Positions 1-11,850 of a stretch of 64,000 nt of DNA are shown one piece after another; position 1 is the first letter of the stretch, and each line of letters opens with the position of its first letter. The notes beneath the pieces are model-generated. The model was not told the origin of the DNA. It did not search any database and saw only the letters and a program-made list of their open reading frames with translations. The stretch spans positions 96,979,042 to 97,043,041 of the forward strand of contig NC_068984.1 of the NCBI RefSeq assembly GCF_001194135.2, read 5' to 3'. Source of the DNA: Octopus bimaculoides. Its lineage: Eukaryota. The position numbers were made by a program, and so were the translations under genes.

Positions 1-162
1 GACAAAGTGGTGCGTGCGTTGCTTGGCGAAAGCCAAGGAAGGAAAGGATTATTGACCGGAAGCATGTGACCATGCCGGTGTAAAGGGAAGAGAGAGAGTG
101 GTAGAGGGAGAAACAGGGAGGAAGTAGAAGAATAGGTGAGCAACGAGAGGAAAAGAGAAAGA

Positions 163-279
163 GAGGAAATACGAGGGGGAAAAAGAGATACGTAGTAGTA
201 ACAGAGGAAGAACGAGAGGGGTAAAGCGAGATACGTAGTAGTACAGAGGAAAAACGAGGGGGGGAGGAAAGAGATAGAG
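163..279. repeat. GA-rich minisatellite, about 3 units of 41-42 bp
   Basis: Units such as gaggaaatacgagggggaaaaagagatacgtagtagtaaca and gaggaagaacgagaggggtaaagcgagatacgtagtagtaca. Confidence 0.65.
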
Positions 280-961
280 TAGCGTCGGAGGATATGAGTT
301 TACGAAAACTACTTACATTTTGGAAGACGCTGCGTTCAATCATGTAAAAACAAATAGTAAATGAGTATATGCATATATACGTACAGGTATGTGCATACCG
401 ACATCCACCTGTATGTATAGGTGCATATCTGGGTACAGGACATTGCAAACAAACGTAGACGAGAACACACGAGCCACATAGAGAACATTCTCCTTCATCA
501 GCCACCCACGTTTTAACACCGGCGTTTCGACGAGCTTGGGCAGGACTATTTGTTTCATCCTGAGTTGGAGATATAAATTTAAGGATTCGTTCACTGAACC
601 TCTAAAATGAATGGGGTTTTTTTTTTGGGGGGGGGGTTCTTTGCAGTAATATGGATAAAATCTGGTTGTAATTTGTTTTCAAATATAGTAATAAACACAA
701 GCCAAAATTGTATTATGAATATTGTGTTTTTAGTCGGTGTCAGTAAGGCAATGACTACAGCAATGGATCTAATGTACAAGTAGGAGTTCGCTAAAGATCG
801 GTTCGATATGTAGACAAAATGTTGGTAGAAACTCCGAGCAATGGACAGAAAAAGGTGCAGCGGTATCACAGGAAGATTAAGAGAAAAAGTAGTTTTGTGT
901 GTAGCAGACACAGGTACAATAAACGCTAACAATATACCGAGAATAGACTTCCTTAAATGTC

Positions 962-1843
962 TGGTTGGGGTCCTTAGAAGTAGTAGGTAGCTTTCGTTAC
1001 CTATGCGACCAAGTTAGTAGTGGAGGAGAAAATTCTGAAAGCGTAGTTGCTGAAATAACAGGCTGGGAAAAGTTCAGAGTGCTACTACATTTGTTGGTAA
1101 CAAAAGGCCTCTTCCTCAAAGTGTATGATTGTATGATGCCTGTGTACGTACAGCTATGCTAGGCGGTAGTGAAACATGGGCTGTGACTACTGAGGACCTT
1201 CGTAGGCTTCAAAGAAATAAAACCAGTATGCATCTGCTGGATGGATAATGTCAGTGTGTGTGTGTACGGCAGAGTGTAAATGATTTAAGAGAAAAATCAA
1301 GTAAAAGAGAAAAGATTGCACTGGTATGGTCATGTGATGCATATGGATGAGAACAGCTACATAAAGAAGTGCTCATCTCTAATTGTTGTGGGAACCTGTG
1401 GAGGAAAGAAGTAGGACAAAGTAGTGAGGAAGAACCTTGGACTTCACAGAGGAGATGACAAGACCCATCAAGCTAAATAGAACTATGTCTATCCATACAA
1501 GCATGTCCTCCACTTTCCTCTCTCAGCTGAGAGGCCCTTCCCTTCAGAGCCCGCGGATGCTGGTTTCACGTAAAAAGCACTTGTGCTTGTGTCACATAAA
1601 AAGTACGCATGCTGGTGCCACATAAAAGCGCCTGTACTGGTACCTCGTAGAAGCGCCCGTGCTAGTGCCACGTAAACAACACTCAGTACACTGTGTGACG
1701 CGGTTGGCTTAGGAAGAGCATCCAGCCGTAGAAACCATGTCAGAATAGACAATTGGAACCTGGGCAGCTCCCCAGCTGGCTAGTTCTTTGTCAAACTGTC
1801 CAACCCATGCCAGCATAAAAAGCAGACGTTAAATGACGATGAG
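962..1843 (+). mobile_element. 5'-truncated RTE-clade LINE relic (RT C-terminus plus 3' UTR)
   Basis: Disrupted translation LEVVGSFRYLCDQVSSGG...GWEKFRVLLHLLVTKGL...ACVRTAMLGGSETWAV matches the RTE RT C-terminal pattern; 3' end ccaacccatgccagcat...gacgttaaatgacgatg. Confidence 0.8.
1557..1682 (+). repeat. Tandem 25-27-bp repeats in the RTE 3' UTR
   Basis: About five degenerate copies of tgctggtgccacgtaaaagcac. Confidence 0.7.
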
Positions 1844-1945
1844 TTAGGTTCTGCAAAGCAGTACACCTTGTGACTAACCAGCATACTCCACTACTATACC
1901 CATATTTTTCTCTTTCTTTCTTTATGTCCAAAGTAGAGCAAGAGT

Positions 1946-2200
1946 TCAGCGACCTTTTTTCTGTTCATGGACCAGATGCCTATGAGGCAATGATGGTGGA
2001 CCACATTCATCTACTGAACTAATATAATAACTAACAAGGTAATAATAATAAAAGTTGGGACCATGGATTAATTTGACATTTATGCTGTCATTGACACAAC
2101 AGTTAGCGTGATATTTGCTGATGATAGGCTGGATGAAACCAGGGATACACGTTTTCGAACAGTTCATCAATGACTCCTGTTTCTTAACTTGTTTTTCGTG
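1946..2200 (-). pseudogene. Possible Helitron Pif1-type helicase fragment, heavily decayed
   Basis: Minus-strand pieces DELFENVYP and CGPPSLPHRHL loosely resemble the helicase motifs DELIEKVFP and PSGLPPHKL; several frameshifts are needed. Confidence 0.25.
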
Positions 2201-2338
2201 CATTTCACTTTTGAAAATGTTACTGAGAGAACATGTGTGGCGGATACGTTTTTTTCGCCCACCCCCCTCCCCGTATATCTGTCTAGTTGAGAGAAAATCC
2301 GGGTCCCAAATGATTTTTCTTGTAGAACTTTAGTGGAG

Positions 2339-2367
2339 ACTAGCAGTATAACCCGACGTTGTCCGGG
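2339..2367 (-). mobile_element. Helitron 3' terminus; element body continues into the gap and probably the 2920-3800 region
   Basis: Minus strand cccggacaacgtcggg hairpin, 8-nt spacer, then CTAG followed by T, the canonical Helitron 3' end. Confidence 0.7.
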
Positions 2368-3282
2368 TGTGACTTATTACGCCATCTACGATTAGTCTTG
2401 CTAGGTGAAAATCAACTAAAAAAGAAAGCCTTACAACGAAAAAACCCTTATGATGTAAATATNNNNNNNNNNNNNNNNNNNNNNNNNNNNNNNNNNNNNN
2501 NNNNNNNNNNNNNNNNNNNNNNNNNNNNNNNNNNNNNNNNNNNNNNNNNNNNNNNNNNNNNNNNNNNNNNNNNNNNNNNNNNNNNNNNNNNNNNNNNNNN
2601 NNNNNNNNNNNNNNNNNNNNNNNNNNNNNNNNNNNNNNNNNNNNNNNNNNNNNNNNNNNNNNNNNNNNNNNNNNNNNNNNNNNNNNNNNNNNNNNNNNNN
2701 NNNNNNNNNNNNNNNNNNNNNNNNNNNNNNNNNNNNNNNNNNNNNNNNNNNNNNNNNNNNNNNNNNNNNNNNNNNNNNNNNNNNNNNNNNNNNNNNNNNN
2801 NNNNNNNNNNNNNNNNNNNNNNNNNNNNNNNNNNNNNNNNNNNNNNNNNNNNNNNNNNNNNNNNNNNNNNNNNNNNNNNNNNNNNNNNNNNNNNNNNNNN
2901 NNNNNNNNNNNNNNNNNNNCTGAATAATAATAATAATAATAATAATGACCTCTGCAGATCAAACTCCCAACCCACAACTAAGTCTTAAGTGCATATATAT
3001 ATGGGCAACACACACACATACACACTAAATAAAAAAATGTTAGTAAGTACAGAACTTCAGCATTATATATTAAGATGGGCAACACACACACACACACACA
3101 CTAAAAAAAAATGACAGGTATTTGTATGTATGTGTGTATTAATGTGTATTGTGTTTATATATGGTAGTAAGTAAATGCGTTTCAAGAAAGTTATTAAAAA
3201 AATTCAGTTTGTAAGGAATAAATGTTTGACTGTCGATCGTATTTGGAAGAGAATGACAGATATTTGTATGTATGAGTGTGAG

Positions 3283-3410
3283 AGTTCAAATTCCGTCGGA
3301 GTTGACTTTGCCTTTCATCCTTTCGGGGTCTAAAAAATAAGTACCAGTTGAACACAGGGGTCAATATAATCGACTATTCTCCACCTGCCCGAAGCCGGCG
3401 TTTTGGGAAA
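3283..3410 (+). mobile_element. tRNA-derived SINE, family A, partial
   Basis: gagttcaaattcc...gttgactttgcctttcatcctttcggggtc...aataagtaccagttg core shared with many copies in the window. Confidence 0.75.
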
Positions 3411-3612
3411 AATTTAAGATAATAATAATAATAAATAAATAATAATAATAATGACCTCTGCCGATCAAACTCGCAACCCACAACTAAGTCTTAAGTGTAT
3501 ATATATATGGGCAACACACACACACTAAATAAAAAAGTTGTTAGTAAGTAAAAGTGTTTTAAAAAAGATTTTAAAATTTTCCGATTAAAACCCGTACGAT
3601 TTTCACTACAGT

Positions 3613-3644
3613 GTTAGGGTTAGGGTTTGTTAGGGTTAGGTAGG
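3613..3644 (+). repeat. Short interstitial telomere-like (TTAGGG)n tract
   Basis: gttagggttagggtttgttagggttaggtagg. Confidence 0.7.
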
Positions 3645-6524
3645 TAATGATGCGGGTGTTAATCTCAAGATTTACGAAAAGATTTTCAAAAAAAACTCAC
3701 AGTTTGTAGGGAATAAATGTTTGTTGATCGTATTTGAGAAAGATGTCTCGCTGGTAAATGACGGTGTTAGAAATGGAAAGTAAACTTATAATTCCCGCCA
3801 ATTAGAATGAGGTCATTGGTAACCATAGGTACATATATATTTGTGTATTTACGTATGATTGGCAGTGTGTCTGTTTATTTGACTCTCACTCTCCTTCATT
3901 TCTTTGTCTTTTTTCTTGGATCATTCGTAAACGTTGATAAGAGAAAGTAGCNNNNNNNNNNNNNNNNNNNNNNNNNNNNNNNNNNNNNNNNNNNNNNNNN
4001 NNNNNNNNNNNNNNNNNNNNNNNNNNNNNNNNNNNNNNNNNNNNNNNNNNNNNNNNNNNNNNNNNNNNNNNNNNNNNNNNNNNNNNNNNNNNNNNNNNNN
4101 NNNNNNNNNNNNNNNNNNNNNNNNNNNNNNNNNNNGTTTTCTTTTTCTCTTTCCTTTATTTTTGTATTTGTTGTTTGATTTTTCGTAAAGGCTCATTAAG
4201 AGAAAGTAGGAGTTGAAAGGATTTGTATTAGAAAGGGGAAAATGTTTACTTGTATAGTTTTAAGTATTTTATTCGCTATTAGGAATTTTTTGGAGTGAAA
4301 AAATGACGCAGTGACCTAACTTATTGTATTTAGAATATTAATTGCGATTGTTTAATCGAAGAAATTTGGAATTGTGTAAATGTATGAATTTTAAACATAC
4401 ACACACACACACACACACACAAAATCTGCATTTTATAGTATAGATACATCTTCTGCGTGAAGTTTTTGCTTTTTTGACAGATCATTACTATATCTTATTG
4501 AATTTTATCTAGTACGGTGTCTATTTCCACATCGAACTGAATACTAAATAGTTTGAATTGCCTGTGTGAACAAATCTCAGTAATACGAAGAGAAAAGTCC
4601 GTTCTTAAGTCATATATCACAGCCACAAATATGTTGCTGCCTGTAGATTTGTTCTCCTCTGTGAAAAGTATGAGTGTAGTTTGATTTCTGCGGTTGACAT
4701 TACCATCATTATATTGTATTTTTACTGGTCTTTGTTTTGGTTTTGGAACACCGATCTTTGATTTTGTAGGAACAAATAAGTCCATCCTCCTAAATTCATT
4801 GAATTTCGGATGATTTATCTATCCCAAAGTGCCTCTCGATGTGATTGCCTGGTTTACTGAGTTTGCAAGAAAGAAAAAGTATTCAATAATCACTATAGTT
4901 ATTTTACTTAAAACCAAAACATTTCTTTATGAAAATTGCAGTACCAAAGTTTACTTCAACAGCTTGTTGACAATATGCTGTTTGAGGCTAAGTTAGAATG
5001 TTCTCTATTCTTACAAGAATATCAAAAGTGGTTTGTTTTATTGGTAAGTACTGTGTAGCTACAAATGAATTAACAACATAATTCATTATATATTCTCGTG
5101 TGCTACATGTTAAAAAACAGTAAATTGTTTTCGAAAATAACAGCAACAAAATAGTAAAATGGTTACCTATTAAAAGAATTGTCTTTCTGTTTATAAACTT
5201 ATAAATACAATAGTTTTAATAAAACTATTTAAAAACTTAATGTCCTTAAGAAATAATTTTGAGTTAAATGGCATTATCACATCCTAACTGACAGTTTTCT
5301 GAGACAGACTGTTTTGATTCCAAGTGACTTACATCAAGTTAGCGACGTAAAACCAGAATGTTCTAGCACACGTCAGAATATTGGAATATTGGTTAAATGA
5401 AACGGTAAATTATGTGAATATTACAAGTTGAATTTACGGAAAATGGTAAAAGCAGATGTGTTTAGATTATTGTTTTTAATTATTGTAATTACCAATTAAC
5501 AAAATACGCGATCTAAAAATCAGTCTGAAATCAATCGAAGGTCGGTTGGTTCACTAATTTTGTTTAAGGACTGGGGGTCGGCACCTGATTGGGTCCAATG
5601 CGTTGCCAACTACTGATTTATACTATGCGTAACTAGTGATTTTATATTATATGACTGCGTAGGTGTGTGTATTTGTATGTTTATACATCTATGTATGTGT
5701 GTGTACTCGTATATACACATGCATACACACACACATACACAGTGAAAATATGTAGATACAGAGTATGTGTATTTATGTGTTGTATGTAATAAGATTGTAT
5801 GTATGATAAATATATAGTGTATTGTGCGTGTGTGTATGTGTATTTCGTTAAATATGTCTGCATGGTTTTTTATTCTTCCTTTATATACCCATCCTTCTGC
5901 ATACTTCCCTATTTGAAAGAATCCTTTCCTGTATAATGGTTTCTACAGAAATCGGAGAAAGGCGAAAGAAGCTATGGTTTTGGTCCTCAGTACATTACTG
6001 GTATTATATTATCACCACCCCCTTCCTCCACGCACACACACCTTCACCACCCCCGCCACCACCAGATGGAATAAAGAGGAAGTTGATCCCGCCCAGTTTT
6101 GAACTCAAAACGTAACCATGCTGCTACTGTGGTGGTGGAGATGGGGATTGCACTCACTGCCTTGTAAACATGATGATGATGATGATGGTGGTGATGGTGA
6201 TTATCATGATGATGCAACTAGTATGTGCTTTCAATTAGCTTATGCAGCATGTTAAGTTCCCTGTTTCGAGGAATATTTCCCATTGATCTTTCCAGATCAG
6301 TGAATGAGAAAGTAACTATTGATTTGTGCGTGTGTTGGGGGCAAAGATGGCTCTTCTCCAAAGAGTGAAGATGCCGCGATGGTGATGGTGGTGGTGGTTA
6401 GTAATCTCCTTTATTTACCGTTCACTCTTTTCTTGATTCTTTGATGTCTGTCAATGAATTTCGTGGTCGCGATGCTAATGGTTGTGGGGATAAAGCAACC
6501 AATCTGTCGATATATCTGTCTACA

Positions 6525-7085
6525 TATATATATATGTGTGTGTGTGTGTGTGCATTACACACACAGACACATATATGCATGCAATGTACACACACACATA
6601 TTTATATATATGCACATATATGCATGTAATGTATACACACACACATTTATATACATATATATATGTGTGTGTGTACATTACACACACACACATATGCATG
6701 CAATGTATACACACACACATTTATATACATATATATGNNNNNNNNNNNNNNNNNNNNNNNNNNNNNNNNNNNNNNNNNNNNNNNGTGTGTGTGTGTGTGT
6801 GCATTACACACACAGACACATATATGCATGCAATGTACACACACACATATTTATATATATGCACATATATGCATGTAATGTATACACACACACATTTATA
6901 TACATATATATATGTGTGTGTGTACATTACACACACACACATATGCATGCAATGTATACACACACACATTTATATACATATATATGTGTGTGTGTACATT
7001 ACACACACACACACACATATGCATGCAATGTACACACACACATATTTATATATATGCGCATACATGCATGTAATGTGCCCATACA
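6525..7085. repeat. Complex purine-pyrimidine alternating satellite; about 200-bp block repeated either side of a gap
   Basis: Block 6537-6737 recurs at about 6785-6985; built from CA/TA/TG runs with atgcatgcaatgtac cores. Confidence 0.85.
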
Positions 7086-8187
7086 CATATTGAAGTGAAA
7101 CAAGTTTATACAGGGATATCTTTATATGTTTAGACGTGTTGGCATCTGAGTCATTTCGGTAACGAGTATGAAAGAAAGCTGTGGTCATTAACACCGCCCC
7201 TGTTTGTGTTTGTCGAGTATAATAAATGCTGTTATCTACTTCTACGAGAAATTTCTACCAACAATACAATGGTGCCTCTGATAGTCGTTATGTTCTAAGA
7301 GATCCATCCTGTATCCTACCCCTACAAATATCCAGGACCGTGTAGTAGGATTATGTTAGTGAGCTTGTCTGGTAGGAGCCGCCTGTTGGGTATCAAATTC
7401 GTTTTGCTAGTTATTTTCGGATGGCTAGGTAAACGCAATTTCAAATACAACTTTGGATACACAATCACTCACCAGACTTTCTCTTTCTTGTAAACGAGGA
7501 ACAATCATACGTAGCATTACCAAAAGGAAATGTGTCTACGTTTTCCTCTAGCCTGCCCCTCCGCCCACGTTTTATTTTTATTTTTATTTTTTAAGTAGGG
7601 GTAGGGAAACTTTACCTTTTTCAGTTAAAGAAGAATCTAGTTTGACGCAGCCATGTTAGTTTATCTCCGGTCTTTCAATTAAATAGTTTCGACCTTGTGA
7701 AATTGATTTAAACACATCGGAGGACAGTATGTTTAAGTGTCTGTGTGTAGGCTCCGCGTCAGAAAATGGTTAAAAGGTTCTCTTAACAATTCCGAAATCT
7801 GGGGTTCGGTTCCACTACGTGACATCTTGAGCAGTTGTATCTTTCTATAACTGTGGATCAAGACAATCAAGCTTTGTGACTAAAATTGGGTAAACGGAAT
7901 TCGGCAGATGGATTGTGCCTATAATGCAATGGCTCAGACTTCTCTCACAGATTCTCCATTCAGTAGAATACGCGGCGACTTTTACACTATAATTCAGTCA
8001 GTATGAATTTCGGTTAGTCGATTACCTTAAATATTCGTTCATGAAACTGACTGAAAATGCCCTGTTGAAAACTATCATCTGGTCCTTNNNNNNNNNNNNN
8101 NNNNNNNNNNNNNNNNNNNNNNNNNNNNNNNNNNNNNNNNNNNNNNNNNNNNNNNNNNNNNNNNNNNNNNNNNNNNNNNNNNNNNNN

Positions 8188-8224
<37 letters not shown>

Positions 8225-8280
8225 CGCACATTCAAACATGCGTGTAAAGATACATTTATATCGTATATGAATATATACGC

Positions 8281-8652
8281 AGGAATGGCTGTGTGGTAAG
8301 TAGCTTGCATACCAACCATATGTTCCGGGTTCAATACCGCTGCGTGGCACCTTTGGCAAGTGTCTTCTACTCTTGCCTCGGGCCGACCAAAGTCTTGTGA
8401 GTGGATTTGGTTGACGGAAACTGAAAGAAGCCCGTCGTATATATGTATGTGTTGTAGTGTGTCCGTATTTGTCCACCCAACATCGCTTGACAACCGATGC
8501 TGATGTGTTTCCGCCCCCGTAACTTAGCAGTTTGGCAAAAGAGGCCGATAGAATAAGTACTAGGTTTACAAATAATAAGTCTTGGGGTCGATTTGCTCGA
8601 ATAAAGGCGGTGCTCCAGCATGGCTGCAGTCAAATGACTGAAACATGTAAAA
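8281..8652 (+). mobile_element. tRNA-derived SINE, family B (CORE-like), near full length
   Basis: A-box-like tggctgtgtggtaag, B-box-like ggttcaatacc, CORE-like ccttt(g)gcaagtgtcttctact, tail cagtcaaatgactgaaaca followed by (TA)n. Confidence 0.85.
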
Positions 8653-8654
8653 GA

Positions 8655-8687
<33 letters not shown>

Positions 8688-9289
8688 NNNNNNNNNNNNN
8701 NNNNNNNNNNNNNNNNNNNNNNNNNNNNNNNNNNNNNNNNNNNNNNNNNNNNNNNNNNNNNNNNNNNNNNNNNNNNNNNNNNNNNNNNNNNNNNNNNNNN
8801 NNNNNNNNNNNNNNNNNNNNNNNNNNNNNNNNNNNNNNNNNNNNNNNNNNNNNNNNNNNNNNNNNNNNNNNNNNNNNNNNNNNNNNNNNNNNNNNNNNNN
8901 NNNNNNNNNNNNNNNNNNNNNNNNNNNNNNNNNNNNNNNNNNNNNNNNNNNNNNNNNNNNNNNNNNNNNNNNNNNNNNNNNNNNNNNNNNNNNNNNNNNN
9001 NNNNNNNNNNNNNNNNNNNNNNNNNNNNNNNNNNNNNNNNNNNNNNNNNNNNNNNNNNNNNNNNNNNNNNNNNNNNNNNNNNNNNNNNNNNNNNNNNNNN
9101 NNNNNNNNNNNNNNNNNNNNNNNNNNNNNNNNNNNNNNNNNNNNNNNNNNNNNNNNNNNNNNNNNNNNNNNNNNNNNNNNNNNNNNNNNNNNNNNNNNNN
9201 NNNNNNNNNNNNNNNNNNNNNNNNNNNNNNNNNNNNNNNNNNNNNNNNNNNNNNNNNNNNNNNNNNNNNNNNNNNNNNNNNNNNNNNNN

Positions 9290-9347
<58 letters not shown>

Positions 9348-10506
9348 GCACACACACACACATTAAAAAATGCGTGTAAAGATACATTTATATCGTATAT
9401 ATATAAGTATTATAGTTTGGCCAGCATCATGCATAGTCTGGCAAGAACCGTGAACGAAAACCTCCGCCCTTAAATCACTTGTTACTTTTGGCCGATTAAA
9501 AATGATAGAAAAGTTTATATGTTCATGTATTGAGTTCTAGTTCTGTTTATGTTATTAATCACACATACGTACACACACCTGTGTGTGTGATAAGGTTTCT
9601 TTCTTAATATCACTTCATTCAAGCTATAGATAAACTTTAACCCGTTGTCATCTTAACATTCTTCTAAACCTAGATTACACCAAACGCTATGACGTCATTT
9701 CCTCTTTGTTCCTTCGTTTCCTGTCAAAACTATGGCTGTCATTTGTATAACTATGGGCTCGTTTGAGTGGTAAAGTAGGCGGAATGTTATTTTATTAAAC
9801 TCTGCTTCAAGGTGTGTATATGGGAGTGGAACGTGGATTAACAAGGTGGTTAAATTCTCTGCTAGGCAAAAAGCTTGGTTTTCTGCTTTATCTCCTTTAT
9901 TTTATTCGTTTTGTTTTGTTTTGTTTTTTGGGTGGGGGTTCATAATTTTCGATCATTATATTTGTTACATATTTGAAGGGCTTAGGGCTGATAACCGATT
10001 GAATTAGAGCTATAGAGCTATAAAAGAGAAACAAGGAAGAGAAAGCAAGCATCATGTCATCACATGACTTGGCTAAAGTCATGGGGCTGTACCACCCACA
10101 CCCGCCTCAGTTATACTGTACTGTAATACAAGATGACGGTGATGTCTTTAGCTCAAAAACTTTCTTAGCTAAGTGATTAGACTTATGTCGAGCGACCACC
10201 TACCGGTATTGTTTTGATTAATGATTAGTCTCAGGTCAACCCAGATCCAGCAGACTGACGAAAAACGTCATTCAAACAGATCATATTTGAAATGTATTCT
10301 TTCTTTCAGATGCAAAAACATGATTTGAGGGAAATTTAACTGCAATATCTTCTGACAAAGCAACTATGTAGAGCTTCCCTCATAGACGAGAGATATTCCA
10401 AGAGCTAGTCCCTTAGTTTAGAAATAAATGTTCCTACAGTTCTCTATTTAAGAGATGAGGAATTATGTACATTTGACGAATATTTGTCCTCATCTTGTTT
10501 GTTGTT

Positions 10507-10552
10507 AACACAACGTTTCGACTAATATACCCTCCAGTCTTCATCAGGTGTC
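10507..10552 (-). ncRNA. Minimal type I hammerhead ribozyme motif of the Penelope-associated kind
   Basis: Minus strand GACAC-CUGAUGA-A-GACUG-gagggtatat-UAGUC-GAAA-CGU-U-GUGUU: stem I GACAC/GUGUU, 5-bp stem II, palindromic ACGU in place of stem III, predicted cleavage after GUU (between 10512 and 10511). Confidence 0.7.
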
Positions 10553-10612
10553 TTGGGGAAATTTCGAACCTGAGTTATCATTCCTAAGGTATTTTTCGAT
10601 GTTGTTATTATT

Positions 10613-10683
10613 ATCCAGGTCACTGCCTGAGATCGGACTCGGAATCTTGGGGTTAGTAGCCCGCGCTCTTAACCACTACGCCA
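10613..10683 (-). mobile_element. tRNA-derived element head (not a functional tRNA)
   Basis: Minus strand tggcgtagtggttaagagcgcgggctactaaccccaagattccgagtccgatctcaggcagtgacc: A-box, anticodon-like loop CTACTAA, degenerate B-box, poor acceptor stem, AAT tail. Confidence 0.65.
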
Positions 10684-11420
10684 GACAGACTGTGGACAGT
10701 TTATCGGTTTCATCCCCTCTTTTCTTCATAATTGGAGTAGAGAGTATGTTTTTGGGGTAGTTGTTGCTTAATAGATTGTTATTGATCATTTCTTCGTGGT
10801 GGGTATCACGATCGCTACTTATATTCATTGCTCGATGTTTTAGGCACTGAGCAATCCGTCTCTTTACACTGTATGGATGGTGGGAGACTTGTTTATCACC
10901 ACTGTAGCATTTCCCTTGTCTGCTGGAAGTATTATGAGGGAATTGTCACTCTGTAGTCTTTTGATAGCGAACGTTTCTTCCTTGGTGATGTTTGGTTTGT
11001 GAGGTTTCGCCCTTTCTAGTACCTGTCTCACTTTCCACCTTAGTTCATCTCCCTGAGCTTTTGATATCTTTACGGTTAACTCTTCAATAGGGGCTATTAT
11101 GGAATGCGCTTGATGGTTGTCGCAAAGTTGAGACCTTTGTTTAGCAATGCTTCTTCAGAGCTTTCTAGATGTCGGCTACTTACATTAATTCCTGCTTTTA
11201 CAGGTGGGTGACGGACTTAAGTCTTCATTCTCTGACCTTTGAGTTTCATAAACTTCTTAATCTGGCGTGTCTTCACCATTTCAAATTCTTTCATGTATGA
11301 CTTTTCTAGATCTTGTTGGATTCTCTTTCTATCATCATCTCTGGTAATTTTCCTAAGTAATGAAGATAACCTCTCTTTGATTTCGTTATTTAATTGATGT
11401 TTTTTCCAACGGTTGTAATC
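10683..11420 (-). mobile_element. Penelope-like retroelement relic (internally deleted ORF)
   Basis: Minus strand EEALLNKGLNFATT and [37 protein letters not shown], the typical pre-RT motifs of Penelope-like elements; stops and frameshifts present. Confidence 0.85.
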
Positions 11421-11625
11421 CACCACGAAGAAATGATCAAGCTCAGTAACAATCTATTAAGCAACAACTACCCCAAAAGCATAGTCTCTTCTCCAATTAT
11501 GAAGAAAAGGGAGGATGAAACCAATAAACTGTCCACAGTCTGTCTACCCTATGTGAAAGGCCTCTCCGAAAAGATACGAAAGGTATGCAGCTCATATGAC
11601 ATCAGGACAGTCGATGTACACAAAA
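11420..11625 (+). mobile_element. Inverted Penelope-like fragment (post-RT linker)
   Basis: HHEEMIKLSNNLLSNNYPKSIV...LPYVKGLSEKIRKVCSSYDIRTV; 11420-11545 is the reverse complement of 10683-10802. Confidence 0.8.
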
Positions 11626-11679
11626 TACAACTGAGGCTAAATTAATTATCTCTGACACCTCGTGCCAAGAGATGAAACG

Positions 11680-11850
11680 ACAGAGTTTCTAGAGCGTCCG
11701 ATAGACTGCTCACGGTATTTGTTTTCTACACTCAGCGCTCTGAGTTCAAATCTGTCGGAGGGCAACTTAGCCTTGCATCCCTTTGAGGTCGATAAGAAAA
11801 GTGTCAGTCCAACACGGTGGATTGGGGTTACTATGTAAGATCGGTTAATT
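11680..11850 (+). mobile_element. SINE family A, decayed
   Basis: ctctgagttcaaatc...gcaacttagccttgcatccctttgaggtcgataag. Confidence 0.6.

Larger units (their letters stand above)
2921..3745. repeat. Roughly 500-bp-period direct duplication of modules
   Basis: aatgacctctgc(a/c)gatcaaactc(c/g)caacccacaactaagtcttaagtg near 2940 and 3450; cagtttgta(a/g)ggaataaatgtttg near 3205 and 3700. Confidence 0.75.

Noticed and set aside
490-565. CTGATGAAG and GAAAC words suggesting another hammerhead
   Set aside because: I could not build stems I-III in any topology, and the cleavage triplet is absent.
340-594. ORF with VLKRGWLMKE, reminiscent of a PH-domain first strand
   Set aside because: No further PH features follow, and the sequence looks repeat-derived.
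6537-6985. Exact 200-bp duplication across the 47-N gap as a biological event
   Set aside because: Equally explained by unmerged contig overlap; cannot be resolved without reads.
2330-9473. Long ORF-track entries containing X runs or YIYI/HTHT tracts (also at 28073-28540, 53853-54281, 58689-59121)
   Set aside because: They are read-through of N gaps and microsatellites.
10613-10683. A genuine tRNA gene
   Set aside because: Acceptor and T stems are poor, the B-box is degenerate and it has an AAT tail; it is a tRNA-derived repeat.
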